64,000 nt of DNA from Coriobacteriales bacterium (lineage in GTDB: Bacteria > Actinomycetota > Coriobacteriia > Coriobacteriales > UBA8131), in contig JAITDU010000033.1 in assembly GCA_031282405.1 (NCBI GenBank), forward strand, positions 5,857 through 69,856, written 5' to 3'. Positions 50,601 through 59,255 of the stretch are shown here, piece by piece. Position numbers and translations under genes: made by a program. The notes beneath the pieces are model-generated. The model had not been told where the DNA came from. It saw nothing but the letters and a program-made list of their open reading frames with translations, and did no database searches. Numbering within the stretch: the first letter of the stretch is position 1; each line of letters starts with the position of its first letter.

Positions 50601-53600
50601 GTATGTGCCGGGCTCAAAGCTAAGAGACGTTTCTGAACTTGATACTGTCACATCAGCCCACGCGCCCCACACAAGCGGAGATATTGCGGTGGCCTTTCTG
50701 GATTCATAGGTGTATTCTGAATTGTAATTAGTAAGTGTCACCGTGCCGTCAGAGCTTTGAGCCGTAGGCTGCACTACGTTAAGGGTAGGCTGCACCGGAC
50801 GGACAGGCACGTTGAGTTCTTGGGGCAAAGAATCAATGTACTCATCGCCAGATGTAGCATGGCGCACTATGGATACCGTAGTACCATACCAATCTCCTGG
50901 GATTTGCCAGGTACCATCTGATGACGCAACTACCTTATCTCCTCCACTGAATGAGTAGGTCGCGCCTGGAGTAAGGCCCGTAATGTAGCGTGTTACGTAG
51001 TTTATCTGTGCGCTTGGCGTCTCATAGCGCACGGTCTTATAAAATGTAACCGGCAGGCTTGTGGAGTCAGAAGCTATCTTATAGGAGTGCGTTATATCCA
51101 CGTTTTCCCGGTAGGTCCAGTTTTGCAAAGTGAGGTTAAGAGTAGCGCCGTTTGCTACAGTGCCGTCCAGCGTAACGTGTATCAGCCACTGGGTATTGTC
51201 GGTACCAGCGACAGGGGTACTGGAAGATCTGATATCAACGCCATCTGGCAAGACAAAAGACGTAAGAGCTTTTGAAAACGCCAGTACGGGGGCAGAGAAA
51301 GTAACCAGTATGTCTGTGGTTATAGCCGTGCCGCTTGCGCCGCCTTGCTGAAGTGCAGTTGCGCTTACGGTTATGGGTGTCATGGCAGGTTTGGCCTCAT
51401 AGGCAGCGGCGTTTTTGGCCTCGTCTATAACCACGACGTTAAACCAGTAGTGTTTATCGGGCACAAGGGCGGAGTTGTCTGTGCCCGTACCTGTATCTAT
51501 CCCACCTGCGCCTACCGTAAAGGTAAACGTGCCCTCAACAGCATCAGTGCCCGCACGTATACCTACCAGCGTGCCGTGCTCTTCGCAGTCCTCGGGCGTT
51601 ATCATGTCGTCGGTGCCTATCTGGTGGGCATAGACCTTATAGATAAGGTCGTCAGCGTCGGTGAAGTTATCTTCAGCTGCTTGCCAGGTAAGCGTGACGG
51701 TGGTGTCGGTGATGGTCTCTGGAGCTATGGTAATAGCACCATCCGCTCCCGGGTCGGGTGGCGTGGTCTCTTGCTTTACGGTGAGGGTAAAGGACACGGA
51801 GGCCTCGCTGTAGTTGGTGCTTTCGGGCTTGGTGAGGGTGATGGTTGTGGTACCGGGGGCAACAAAGGTGATGGAGGCAAGAGCGGGGTCGGCATCAGGG
51901 GCGATGGTAGCCACGTCGGGCACAGAGCTTTGCCATGAGTAGCCCTCTGGGCTCTGGCCGCCTGTGGCGCTTACGTCAAGGCTGCGCACCTCGCGGGCAA
52001 GCTCAAGAGTTGTGCCCGTAATGTCTGCATCGCTCTCATCAGCGTTAAGGATTGAAAGGCCGGTCTGGGTAGCTTTGTTTACCGTATAGCTGTCCAGTAT
52101 GCCTGAGCCGGCGTTGTAGTTTTCATCGGCACCTGCCGGTGTGTACGCAGCATAGATATAAGGGAAGTAGCCCGACTGTCCGGGATTATCAGGATCATCC
52201 ACAAAGCTGTACTCAGCAGCATCCAACACGACATCTACACTGGCCACGCCATCGGAAAGCTGTTGAGGTGTTCCGAGCGCCACCGCTGTGCTCGCATCTG
52301 TTTGCTTGTAGAAGGTGACCGTGCCTGTAGGATGTGCGGCATCTTGGGCCACCTCTTCTCCGGCAACCGTAGCGGTAAGCGTGGTGGTCGCGCCATAGGT
52401 TATAGGCGAGGCGGGAGTCGCTACAAGGCTTACGGTTACGTCTGATTTTACAACATGCAAAGTAACCGTCGTCGTAGACGGAGCGGCGTTAAGGTTTGCG
52501 TCCTGCACACCACGATCATCATCTACATAGGTCTTGCCACGTGGATCGTACGAAAAGGTCAGCGTGTAGTCGTCGGCCTCCAGGGTGTCCAGATAGGTAG
52601 CCAAAAACGTAACCGTAGCGCCACTTTCATCAAGCGTGTACTCATAGCCTTTGGTAAGCTCTGTGTTGTCGATTTTAATGGTGCTGATGCCGTTGCCGTT
52701 AAGTTTTACGGTAGCCGTAACATCTTCGCCGGAGGCCTTTGCAAAGGTGATCTCTGCGGTGTCTTGTTCAGAGTTCGTATAGATAACAATGCCGTCTTCG
52801 TAGTACGTAGCGTTACCGGCCTTATCGGTCACTTTGGTATAGAGGAAAAACGTATCGTTTTCAGCCTGTTCAAACGTGGTGCCTTCTGTCCAGGAAGCAC
52901 CAGGCAAATCGTCCGGACTGATGACCTCTGCGGATTTCAAATAGTAGGTCTTGTCCACACCATCACCACCGGTGTCATAAGGCGTGATGGTAGCTTTAAC
53001 GGTTTCGGTAAAAAACAGCCCAAAGGTAAGGTCGTTTAAGAAGTCCAGCAAGGGCCGTGAATTATACTTCACCTGGGCAGTAGGCGGTGTTTTATCTTGA
53101 TAGACCGTTATCACACGTGATATTTCTGGCTCACCGGGCATGGGCGTTGTGGTGTTTTCTACCACATAGCCCGCCCAGGCAGGAATGATAACGCGCACCT
53201 GACCAGAAAGCACGTCGCTTACTTCCAAAGAGTACGTGGAATTAGAGACATGGGTAAGAGCTCCTTTGGTGGCATGGCCGGTGGCATCTGCGCTTATGAG
53301 CGTGATGTTCTCTGCGGTAAGACAGCTTACGTCAGCGTCGCCGCCAGACCCATCGCCAAAAACAATTTTGATGCCGGTTGTGGTCTTGAGGTCGGTCGTA
53401 TCCGAGCCGGGGCCTGCACCGCCTTCTTGAGTCGCTTCAAACGACACCACACGCGTGGCGTAGACATCAAGGGCGTAATAGACCTCCGTGCTTGCATCAT
53501 CTGCTGAGGTAGTACGCAGATAAAGCCTTGTGGGCGCAGCTCCCCAAGCGATGGTGGCACTCCCGACAATCTCGGAGGTAAAGTCGGCATCAGAAAACAG

Positions 53601-56600
53601 CTTGGCTTCTTTGCCCGCCGTACCGCTTTGTCCCTCAAGCGTGATGTTGTTAAGCGCCAGTACAGCCCCGCTATCACTGGCAGAGGCTTCAGTAGCCAGA
53701 CGCACACCTAACACCACAGGGTCTGAGGGCAAAAGCCCCTTGGTAGCCGAGGTGGCGTCGGGCACCAAGGTGGCTTGTTTTCCTGCAGTCGTAACAGAGG
53801 CAACCGTAGGCCGAACCGCCCATTTGGCAAAGTATTCTTCAGGAAGTGCGGGAGGATTGTTCACCTCATCTGTTTGAGTAACGGGCCCTTCTTCAAAGTC
53901 AATATCTTTGTACCAACCTAAAAACACATGACTGGTGGAGGTAACCACAGAGGGAAGTGTGAGCGGGCTTGAGGTATAGGAGTGGTTAAACTCGCCGGGC
54001 TCGGCTAGATCGGTAGAGCGTATCCAGCCTGAGGGCAAACTGACAAAGGTGGGCTCAATGCGCGCTTCTGCATCACCTGTACCTGCCGTTTTTGTCTGAA
54101 CAGTAACTTGAGGGGTGGCCGAGGCTACCGTAACAGGGCTTATCTGAGAGCCAAAGGTAGCATCTGTCGGTGACAGTCTTACCTCATATCTACCGGCGGT
54201 GACAGAGGCGACATCTGTCGCTTGCTCCCAATCTTGGGTAATATCAGCTCCGTTTTTGCTGGCGCGGTACTGGAAGATGCCGCTATAGAGAATCTGTCCG
54301 TCGGTGGAGGTATCACTTGAGGCGCGTTGGGTGCTTACCCCTGTTGGAGCATCTGGTCTTTGGGGCAACACAAGCGGCGTACTCGGATCAGAGGCCGGAT
54401 GTGTGCCGTCTGTTTTGTGTTGCAACACTACGGCGACACTGCCCGCCGTTACGGCACCGGAGAGCGAATAGGGCAAACTCGCCAGTGTGCCTCCCACGCG
54501 TACCTCATAGGCTGAAGGTGTCACACCGGGAGCAAACGAGAGGGTCTCGGTGGTGTAGTTTATGCTCAGTATCTGTGCGGTATCGGGTTGTCCAAAGGCC
54601 GTAGATACCGTAGCTACAAGCTTTGCAGGCGACTGGTTGTGATTGTTATCAAGTGCAGCCCGTACATAGACCGGATAGGTGCTTTCAGGCTCAAGGCCAC
54701 TCAGTACCAAAGAAGATGTGCCTGGAGTCCATGCACCCGAGTTGCTCAGGCGATAGAGCAGACTTGAGCCGACAGGCATACCGGACACGTTTACGCTAAA
54801 GCCTGTTGCGCTTATGCTTTCAGGAGGAACTACGGCGCTTACCGCCTCGATATCCCAGGTGGCTTTATCTACCACGAGATAGACATTGGCATAGGTGTCG
54901 TATCCTTTTTCAACATCATCGGTCGTTATCGTGTAGTAAAGGTGCAGGCGTACCTGATAAGAGCCGGCGTTAATAGGAGATGTTGGCGTTATCGTCCAGG
55001 CAGTGTCTGAGCTATTGCCCGGTACTGTCTTTGAACCGGGAGTATTGAGCGTAAAGTAATTCACGTCGCTTTCGTGGCCAGAAGCAGTGGAAGCTTCAAT
55101 TGTTAGGGCATTTGCGCCGATTTCGATATCGTCGCTCATGATATTGTTGATGGAGATAGGATGTGCCGGTACTGTCTGGCCATAGGTGTAGGTGCCAAAG
55201 TTTACGGCAGAGACATTTAGGGGAGATGACACAGTGGCAAACAGTGAGGCGGGTTTTGCGTCCGGGCCCGTTGTGACAGCTGCAAAGCGGATATCGTAGT
55301 CGGGAGAAGCGGCGGTAAAGGAAAGCGTAATGGCGCCGTCTTCGTCAGGGTGTTCTGAGTCTATCTCAGCGGTAAAGGTCATCCACGTAGCTCCCTCACC
55401 CGCGCGGTATTGATAGACGGTGCCCACGTCAAGATTATAAAGGGTAATGTGCTGTGGGCTTGTGGGGTCATCCAGCCTGGCTTTTATCCCTATGGGGGCA
55501 TCGGTGCGAGCGGGCAGCACAAGCTTGGTAAGCGCAGAGGCAAAGGATGTGTTTTCCACATAACAGTAGCGTACATCGGTGGTAAGGGCAGAGGCTCCTG
55601 TCCAGCCCAGCGAGGCAAAGCTTAACGCAGTGCCACCGGCAGGTGTCCACGTATCTTGTCCAATGTAGGACCACTCCAGCGCACGCGCAGCACTGAAAGT
55701 TACCGTCTCTGCAACGTAGTCAAACGTCCAGCTTTCCGAGGTGGGAGCAGACGGGCGGGCGTCGATGGAAAGCGCAGAAGCGGGGCGCACGGCAGGACCT
55801 GAATAGTTCGCGTCCTGGCCGATGCGATAAAGAAGCGAGGCTGCTGTAGGGCCGGTTACCTGTAGAGTATCCAAGGCAGCAAAGATGCTCATAGCGGGGC
55901 TTTCCGGCGCGAGCTTGCCTGCGGCCACCACACTTGCATCGCTAAGATCCAGGCGCTCGGTACCTAAAAACTGTGCCCAATCTGTGGAATCGCCCGTGTC
56001 TGAGCCTACCAACCAGGTGTTATTGTTATCGGCAGCGCGCACGCGGTATTGAATACCTGCCGGTATCACCTGAGCGCCATCGCTACCGGCACCGATCTCT
56101 GAGGTGGCGTAGTCGCGCCCTAAGACGGTTTGCGGATACGGATAGACGCGCACACCATACATCCAACTTTTACCGGCGGGACGACAGACTACCTGGTAGG
56201 TCGCACTTGAGACAAGGTTGCTCAAAGTAAGGGTATTGCCCGTATAAGCAGAACTTGCTTCTATGGCACCGGTGGAGACATTAACGGCTGCATAGGTATA
56301 GCCATCCCGTGTGCCATCACCGGCAATCGTGATGGCAGTGCCGTTTGACTCACGGGTTAGATAGGCGGCATCTACGTCTACGTCATCTTGCGAAGGGGTG
56401 TGTATGGTAAGCGCGCTGAGAGTACCGGCGGCATCATAGGCAGCACTTGCGTAATCTACCTCCGTCCAGCCTGAGGGCCTGGCTACAAGATAGTAGGTGG
56501 TATTCAGCAAAAGCCCCTCAAAGACAAGACGCGTGCCACTGCCGGTGCCTGTTGTCCAGTCGGTAGCAGGCAAGGCCGGCGCTGTCGTATCAGGCTTGCC

Positions 56601-58808
56601 GGTGCCATCGTCTGCCAGCAAAGCGTATTCTACGCCGGTATTGGTGTTGAGAAGGGACAGGCGCACGTGCTTGTTTACGCCTTGGCCATAGACTTCCATC
56701 TCATAAGCAGGTACAGAGGCCTCGCCACTGCCGCCTTCGCTTCCTCCTGAGGCAGGAAGTAACTTGATATCTGCGTAGAAGCTATTATCCAGTACCGCGC
56801 CGGGGCTTTCGTTGGTGTGCAGGCCTGAGTTTATGGCAAGCAAGGGAATACCGATAACCCGATAGGTCTTGCCCGGCGTGAGGTTATGAAAGGTCAGTTC
56901 GCCGCCGGTTGCAAAGCCCGTGCCATTTGCATCTTTGGTATACCAGTAGCTGCCACTCCCCAGGTTAGGGGTAGGACTTATGGGAGATGCGGTGCCACCG
57001 GATGAAGGAGCAGGGTTATAGGTGGCAGAAGGACTGGTAAGATCGGTGACCGACGAGCCGCGCACCTCGGCTAAGGCGTAGGCGTAGCCTGCCTTGGTTT
57101 GTGCAGACAGCGAGCTTTCGCCTGAGTAGCTGGCTTCTTGTTCCGGTGCGATGCCGGTGCCGGGGGCAAAGACGATGTTGTCGACGATATTGCCGTCATG
57201 TTGAGAGATATCAAGCCACCCATAAACCGTTGTGCCCTGGCCGGCTGGGACGGTGTAGGCACCGGATTTGGTTTTCCATGCTTCGCTGAAGATTGTTGAT
57301 GCAATATATACATAATAGTTTTTGCCATAATAGGTTGTGGCGAATCCCTCGCTGTTATTTGCAACTGAAGGCAGTTGAGACGTCTTCAGACCATAGTCTT
57401 TCATCATCTGGTTGAGGATGGCCAGAAAATACGTGTCGTTGTTGCTATTGATTCCCGCTGCATTGCTATGATTATTTATTCCATAAGGGTAGTCGCCGTC
57501 TGCCGGGTACGGGGGAGTAAACTGCGTCGGAGTAGTAGACGCTTTAAGTGTGTTCCAGTAGTCCGGCTCATTACTGACGTATTTGCCGTATTCGTTTTTA
57601 TCGTTGACCGCCGGTCCGATGATCAATGCCATAACGTCGGGGCTTTTTGCACTGTAACGACATGCGTGGTCGAAGCTCCATTCATAGATCTTGCCGGGAA
57701 CAGTCGCAATCTCCTGATAGGCCGAGGCGGCGTAAAACGGGGCGATTTCGATGCTGTAAGTTCCATGTTTGCCATCTTCCAGCCCAGTTCTCCAGGTACC
57801 GTGAGGGTTAATGTCAAATACTTTTCCGATACCATTGTTGTTTGAGCGATTACCCCCGTGATTTTCATTAACCGTAGAATTCCAAGCAAAAGGATAGGTG
57901 CTAGAAGGCCAATAGTCAACAATTGGCCTTACGCCTACGCCAATGTTAGCAAAACTCTCAAAGTCCCCCAGAACCAAGGAAGGGGAAAGGGTCTTATTCA
58001 CCACCTTAACCTCAGCAATACCACTGTCCAGATAGTTCGTCTCGCCGGGGTCGGTAGTTGTGTCATTGCCGTTTGAGTCCACATGGTTGGTAACGGTAGT
58101 CCAGTAATAGTAGTAGGTCGTGGCCTCTACCGTAGGAGTGGTAAAGTCCAGTGTGGATTTTGTACCGTCAGCTTTAAGGATCGGATCTGGATTGTCGGCC
58201 GTAAAAGCAGTACCCGTCGCCTTGATAGCATCGGCGTTTTGTGTCTTGTTTTGAGGGGCATCGTAGGCTTGGCTTCGATACCACTGATAGCTAAGATATC
58301 CCCCGTCAATAGAAGAGGCCCGTACATAAAAGCGTCCCGAGGCAGCCTCAGAATAGACCGAGTCGGCAGGATTGTGAGTAAACTGGGGTGCGGCAGCAGG
58401 CTGGCCTGTCGCCAGCGTCCCTATCCCTGCCGCCAATGCCTGAAGTGCCGCCAGGGGCATAAGCGTAAAGGCTAACAGAAAGGCCAGTACAAAAGAGAGT
58501 ACCCTGCGTCCCCTTTTCGCACGCTGTATTCGACTCCCGTCACTCAAAACCCGTGACAAAGAGATGCATGATCGCTCACGCTTCTTGTCACTTTGAGTCT
58601 TTGTGTAGTTTTGCTTAGAGGTTTTACTTAGGAAAGAAGAGCTAAGTGAGGCCCCCCCCCCTGGGCCTATATCGGTAGTGTTGCCCATGTGTGCATCCCT
58701 TCCCCGGAGTGTTCCTACCCTATCTTTTAGTTGTGTGTGTGCATACTGAACAGATGGCGTGTTAGGCCTTTTAGTGTGATTCGATTTCATCGAAGTACAC
58801 CCCCGCAT
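44628..58808 (-). CDS. Giant (up to 4726 aa) surface protein: signal peptide, lectin/jelly-roll-like N-terminal domain, long arrays of Ig/FN3-like domains, C-terminal TM tail anchor
   Basis: Single uninterrupted ORF. The signal-like segment RRVLSFVLAFLLAFTLMPLAALQALAAG begins near residue 92 of the longest ORF. Better-supported starts are the ATG at 58790 (preceded by GGGGGTG) or the ATG at 58688 (preceded by GGGGAAGGGA). Bacterial Ig-like group-3-type units are present (TLTATVTGVAGKAVPQGTVEFFDGEASLGDPVNVDSNGTA...). There are repeated L-x-P-x-T-Y-x-V motifs and FLGWYKD-type repeats. The C-terminus is LLIAVVILLAAGLIAATVAVVTIRRKKARGL. Confidence 0.85.
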   Translation of the reverse strand: MRGCTSMKSNHTKRPNTPSVQYAHTQLKDRVGTLRGRDAHMGNTTDIGPGGGASLSSSFLSKTSKQNYTKTQSDKKRERSCISLSRVLSDGSRIQRAKRGRRVLSFVLAFLLAFTLMPLAALQALAAGIGTLATGQPAAAPQFTHNPADSVYSEAASGRFYVRASSIDGGYLSYQWYRSQAYDAPQNKTQNADAIKATGTAFTADNPDPILKADGTKSTLDFTTPTVEATTYYYYWTTVTNHVDSNGNDTTTDPGETNYLDSGIAEVKVVNKTLSPSLVLGDFESFANIGVGVRPIVDYWPSSTYPFAWNSTVNENHGGNRSNNNGIGKVFDINPHGTWRTGLEDGKHGTYSIEIAPFYAASAYQEIATVPGKIYEWSFDHACRYSAKSPDVMALIIGPAVNDKNEYGKYVSNEPDYWNTLKASTTPTQFTPPYPADGDYPYGINNHSNAAGINSNNDTYFLAILNQMMKDYGLKTSQLPSVANNSEGFATTYYGKNYYVYIASTIFSEAWKTKSGAYTVPAGQGTTVYGWLDISQHDGNIVDNIVFAPGTGIAPEQEASYSGESSLSAQTKAGYAYALAEVRGSSVTDLTSPSATYNPAPSSGGTASPISPTPNLGSGSYWYTKDANGTGFATGGELTFHNLTPGKTYRVIGIPLLAINSGLHTNESPGAVLDNSFYADIKLLPASGGSEGGSGEASVPAYEMEVYGQGVNKHVRLSLLNTNTGVEYALLADDGTGKPDTTAPALPATDWTTGTGSGTRLVFEGLLLNTTYYLVARPSGWTEVDYASAAYDAAGTLSALTIHTPSQDDVDVDAAYLTRESNGTAITIAGDGTRDGYTYAAVNVSTGAIEASSAYTGNTLTLSNLVSSATYQVVCRPAGKSWMYGVRVYPYPQTVLGRDYATSEIGAGSDGAQVIPAGIQYRVRAADNNNTWLVGSDTGDSTDWAQFLGTERLDLSDASVVAAGKLAPESPAMSIFAALDTLQVTGPTAASLLYRIGQDANYSGPAVRPASALSIDARPSAPTSESWTFDYVAETVTFSAARALEWSYIGQDTWTPAGGTALSFASLGWTGASALTTDVRYCYVENTSFASALTKLVLPARTDAPIGIKARLDDPTSPQHITLYNLDVGTVYQYRAGEGATWMTFTAEIDSEHPDEDGAITLSFTAASPDYDIRFAAVTTGPDAKPASLFATVSSPLNVSAVNFGTYTYGQTVPAHPISINNIMSDDIEIGANALTIEASTASGHESDVNYFTLNTPGSKTVPGNSSDTAWTITPTSPINAGSYQVRLHLYYTITTDDVEKGYDTYANVYLVVDKATWDIEAVSAVVPPESISATGFSVNVSGMPVGSSLLYRLSNSGAWTPGTSSLVLSGLEPESTYPVYVRAALDNNHNQSPAKLVATVSTAFGQPDTAQILSINYTTETLSFAPGVTPSAYEVRVGGTLASLPYSLSGAVTAGSVAVVLQHKTDGTHPASDPSTPLVLPQRPDAPTGVSTQRASSDTSTDGQILYSGIFQYRASKNGADITQDWEQATDVASVTAGRYEVRLSPTDATFGSQISPVTVASATPQVTVQTKTAGTGDAEARIEPTFVSLPSGWIRSTDLAEPGEFNHSYTSSPLTLPSVVTSTSHVFLGWYKDIDFEEGPVTQTDEVNNPPALPEEYFAKWAVRPTVASVTTAGKQATLVPDATSATKGLLPSDPVVLGVRLATEASASDSGAVLALNNITLEGQSGTAGKEAKLFSDADFTSEIVGSATIAWGAAPTRLYLRTTSADDASTEVYYALDVYATRVVSFEATQEGGAGPGSDTTDLKTTTGIKIVFGDGSGGDADVSCLTAENITLISADATGHATKGALTHVSNSTYSLEVSDVLSGQVRVIIPAWAGYVVENTTTPMPGEPEISRVITVYQDKTPPTAQVKYNSRPLLDFLNDLTFGLFFTETVKATITPYDTGGDGVDKTYYLKSAEVISPDDLPGASWTEGTTFEQAENDTFFLYTKVTDKAGNATYYEDGIVIYTNSEQDTAEITFAKASGEDVTATVKLNGNGISTIKIDNTELTKGYEYTLDESGATVTFLATYLDTLEADDYTLTFSYDPRGKTYVDDDRGVQDANLNAAPSTTTVTLHVVKSDVTVSLVATPASPITYGATTTLTATVAGEEVAQDAAHPTGTVTFYKQTDASTAVALGTPQQLSDGVASVDVVLDAAEYSFVDDPDNPGQSGYFPYIYAAYTPAGADENYNAGSGILDSYTVNKATQTGLSILNADESDADITGTTLELAREVRSLDVSATGGQSPEGYSWQSSVPDVATIAPDADPALASITFVAPGTTTITLTKPESTNYSEASVSFTLTVKQETTPPDPGADGAITIAPETITDTTVTLTWQAAEDNFTDADDLIYKVYAHQIGTDDMITPEDCEEHGTLVGIRAGTDAVEGTFTFTVGAGGIDTGTGTDNSALVPDKHYWFNVVVIDEAKNAAAYEAKPAMTPITVSATALQQGGASGTAITTDILVTFSAPVLAFSKALTSFVLPDGVDIRSSSTPVAGTDNTQWLIHVTLDGTVANGATLNLTLQNWTYRENVDITHSYKIASDSTSLPVTFYKTVRYETPSAQINYVTRYITGLTPGATYSFSGGDKVVASSDGTWQIPGDWYGTTVSIVRHATSGDEYIDSLPQELNVPVRPVQPTLNVVQPTAQSSDGTVTLTNYNSEYTYESRKATAISPLVWGAWADVTVSSSETSLSFEPGTYQIRVKVVEGSRFTSVPTDFFIHNYESVIFNDKLQGYDVSSDTDLTRVVNTDASGTVSDVEWDMSTDDFMLIPPSEAQTSWTVQPASGLDPGTYTAKLKISYDNGIPDETQDVSFTVHPYATFAEPVDTAGAVLSDSDGDGVSDRLTLTFVYPIVGTLDAPGLRFDEVVLYGAVEKTPGSTDFINDPENDDYKVYELAITPHMSAKTNDTTQVKIRSDKNGKEDIYWFQLSQMSNDPNLYAYPKVEVARKIESAKAVTILNGYSTSYIQFTLAEPVADGLDYHAIVAGPAVASDSLTDPHNLSAWQSGIQYLPDGGVPYPGPVKITDASGDPVDGLDIIQVAYADADAYYYPSEGADKKKYALTWRALFILDEDFVEPDGGVFLSIDNFAPEKIEVDGTIVKSEETFTDAIYFLGPLGYNYLTDIDGYQTLPGISGEAYKAAALSLRTSVDMGDDPATLPDAIVKEVRIKRPGESTFFVLDADAYSTTWDANQVFHFTDAPPGEPPTELKNQLIVVLNEDWTRINGTYTIAVVFEHDPSGTPYLSEAQGTFSVSDIIPTYKVELSADTTPDVQAPTPFGEYGINGSGATANVGYYEASRAVTLTAATAPSGYKFWSWEQTAGVDVGTIATTSPATITMPATPGDTPIAIQAHYVESTAPVTTIDPTGGWVNASGTITLNATDGSASPTTYYTLDGGVQQTYSAPFALSGQDGSHTITYWSVDIYNNTEAQHTATIGLDTTSPELELTIRSTSYDSFSSPDSGYTHFYKGIAPTLAIRATDNGSGLASANGLEYLIYTDTGTGPLFADEAAALEDTTQTWVAITEGSPLNAALPSTGKYYVYVRARDAVENAHAIASEGIVFYADSSLDATAGYTRFGGTAVTVAYTDNQNTISQLVCVPAPSGAIDTSYTLALGTDYNTTPGTPGTPGTLTLTSAFLERLTPSETPYILTMTVNPQGVSYTAGTTGNDAPQSPALALTVNKATSTLALTAAPPAGSDYGDEVTLTATVTGVAGKAVPQGTVEFFDGEASLGDPVNVDSNGTALLKTSILSVGPHSLSAVYSGDGNYLDDEGALLPAYSVSKAAQSALHISLNGTDYTGDTLPDVIYGTSFALSASGEAESTSDYVWTYNTAVLSAQTSAGNATCTFSPITTGEVNIYLAKAGDANYNAATEVSVHVVILPKPVSIAYIPNELLPDTRVYDATADVALVGTNKVLNGHFEVVGVKDDAEWSDKNSVGVDISAASASFTDGPDVVLDASGTAQPKPVEFFGIKLNGGKANCYKLSDTPFPTNVSALVTKATPLWATGSPQASSIHFGEYVEASLLGGTQVLGAGGVDITSAGTLAWDANVNQTIPGNEDAELALSYSYTVEFTPVDDPANPYYAVAKNYTTLSGTAAIVVLKALPRMAGTTVEYTEYPQGSTLFSNPPGQDTLSTSEITGDVVYTLGDTPEALEGVWLWAPDEDPNEAFATEGVYQRNAQFIPGDKRVDTFITPAFFSVWSPKTEVDTKPSLSTGVYGGEVSEVEFLDNGCVIAEPTDKSSATDITDKGSWSWKDPDQILTSKTGIQTATAVFTPYPEYIVDFSVSPPTGLYVPLEIELAIDITPAVITVTSYPLHTATLAFGDAVTKDPDALLQGPDNYVFEGVTDLDGMSLYGNLDWDFGVGVDPAHVVPGAQDYETSTDETGKVWSVFDDGVFYAPALFTPDASYDNAYVPLPLLVKFVVTATEKATEELENDISSKRPVLQRVNIAPENYDAVALSRFEAAFEAARKALALGAPPLSQGVAESLLAELDASTLALVSDHPLQENSAEGGIYTTGIGVLIRVKGEYTTISRVELNGQDFSLSALSGTNPREMVYQDKDAGTLAKGSALIVLTPEFVDTLGNDTHELVVHFDDGYSVGQGAAVFTINRPHGTGPAAGGSSTTDASAIETVASVDKATQTTPEVTTSAPSEDINGVGTLNPLLIAVVILLAAGLIAATVAVVTIRRKKARGL
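58652..58661 (-). repeat. G10 homopolymer on the coding strand inside the 5' end of the 4726-aa gene (encodes GPGGGA)
   Basis: Counted directly as c at 58652-58661 on the plus strand. It lies 27 nt after the ATG at 58688 and upstream of the signal peptide. Confidence 0.95.
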
Positions 58809-58860
58809 CTCTTTTGCTTAGTTACTAACCTTTAGTCTTGTATTGCCCTTACAAATTACC

Positions 58861-58878
58861 TGTGTTATGTATAACACA
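58861..58878. promoter_or_regulatory. 18-bp palindrome TGTGTTAT-GT-ATAACACA upstream of the 4726-aa gene (candidate operator); half-site repeated at 58900-58907
   Basis: Read directly; the 8-bp arms are perfect. It lies 53-70 nt upstream of the longest-ORF ATG. taacacaa recurs about 30 nt further upstream. Confidence 0.45.
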
Positions 58879-59246
58879 AAAAGGATACTACCACTTTTGA
58901 TAACACAATGCAAAGTCACACAGATATATTGCACCCAATTGTAACCAAAATCACACAAAATCTTCACAAATAGGGCACGAATTGTGCCTAAGTAGGCTCA
59001 TTTTATGCTACACTACCCCTTAAGAAGTGCAGGGCCCTTTTGTCGGGGCGACGCTTCTAGGTTATTTCGAAGAGGGCTATCGCTTTTGCGATGGCCTTTT
59101 CGTTTTACTGGACTTTCGGCTTGGCTTTGACTTTCGTCTTAGCTTTAATAAAGCCTCTCGTCGCTGCTTTCGCAACGAAGCAACTCTGATTGCTGTTTCA
59201 ATTATTGAGACAACAATACGGACTATGGTAAGACCACATCAAAACT

Positions 59247-59255
59247 GGGGGGGGG
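59247..59255. repeat. G9 homopolymer in the ddl / giant-gene intergenic region
   Basis: Counted directly as g at 59247-59255. Confidence 0.9.
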
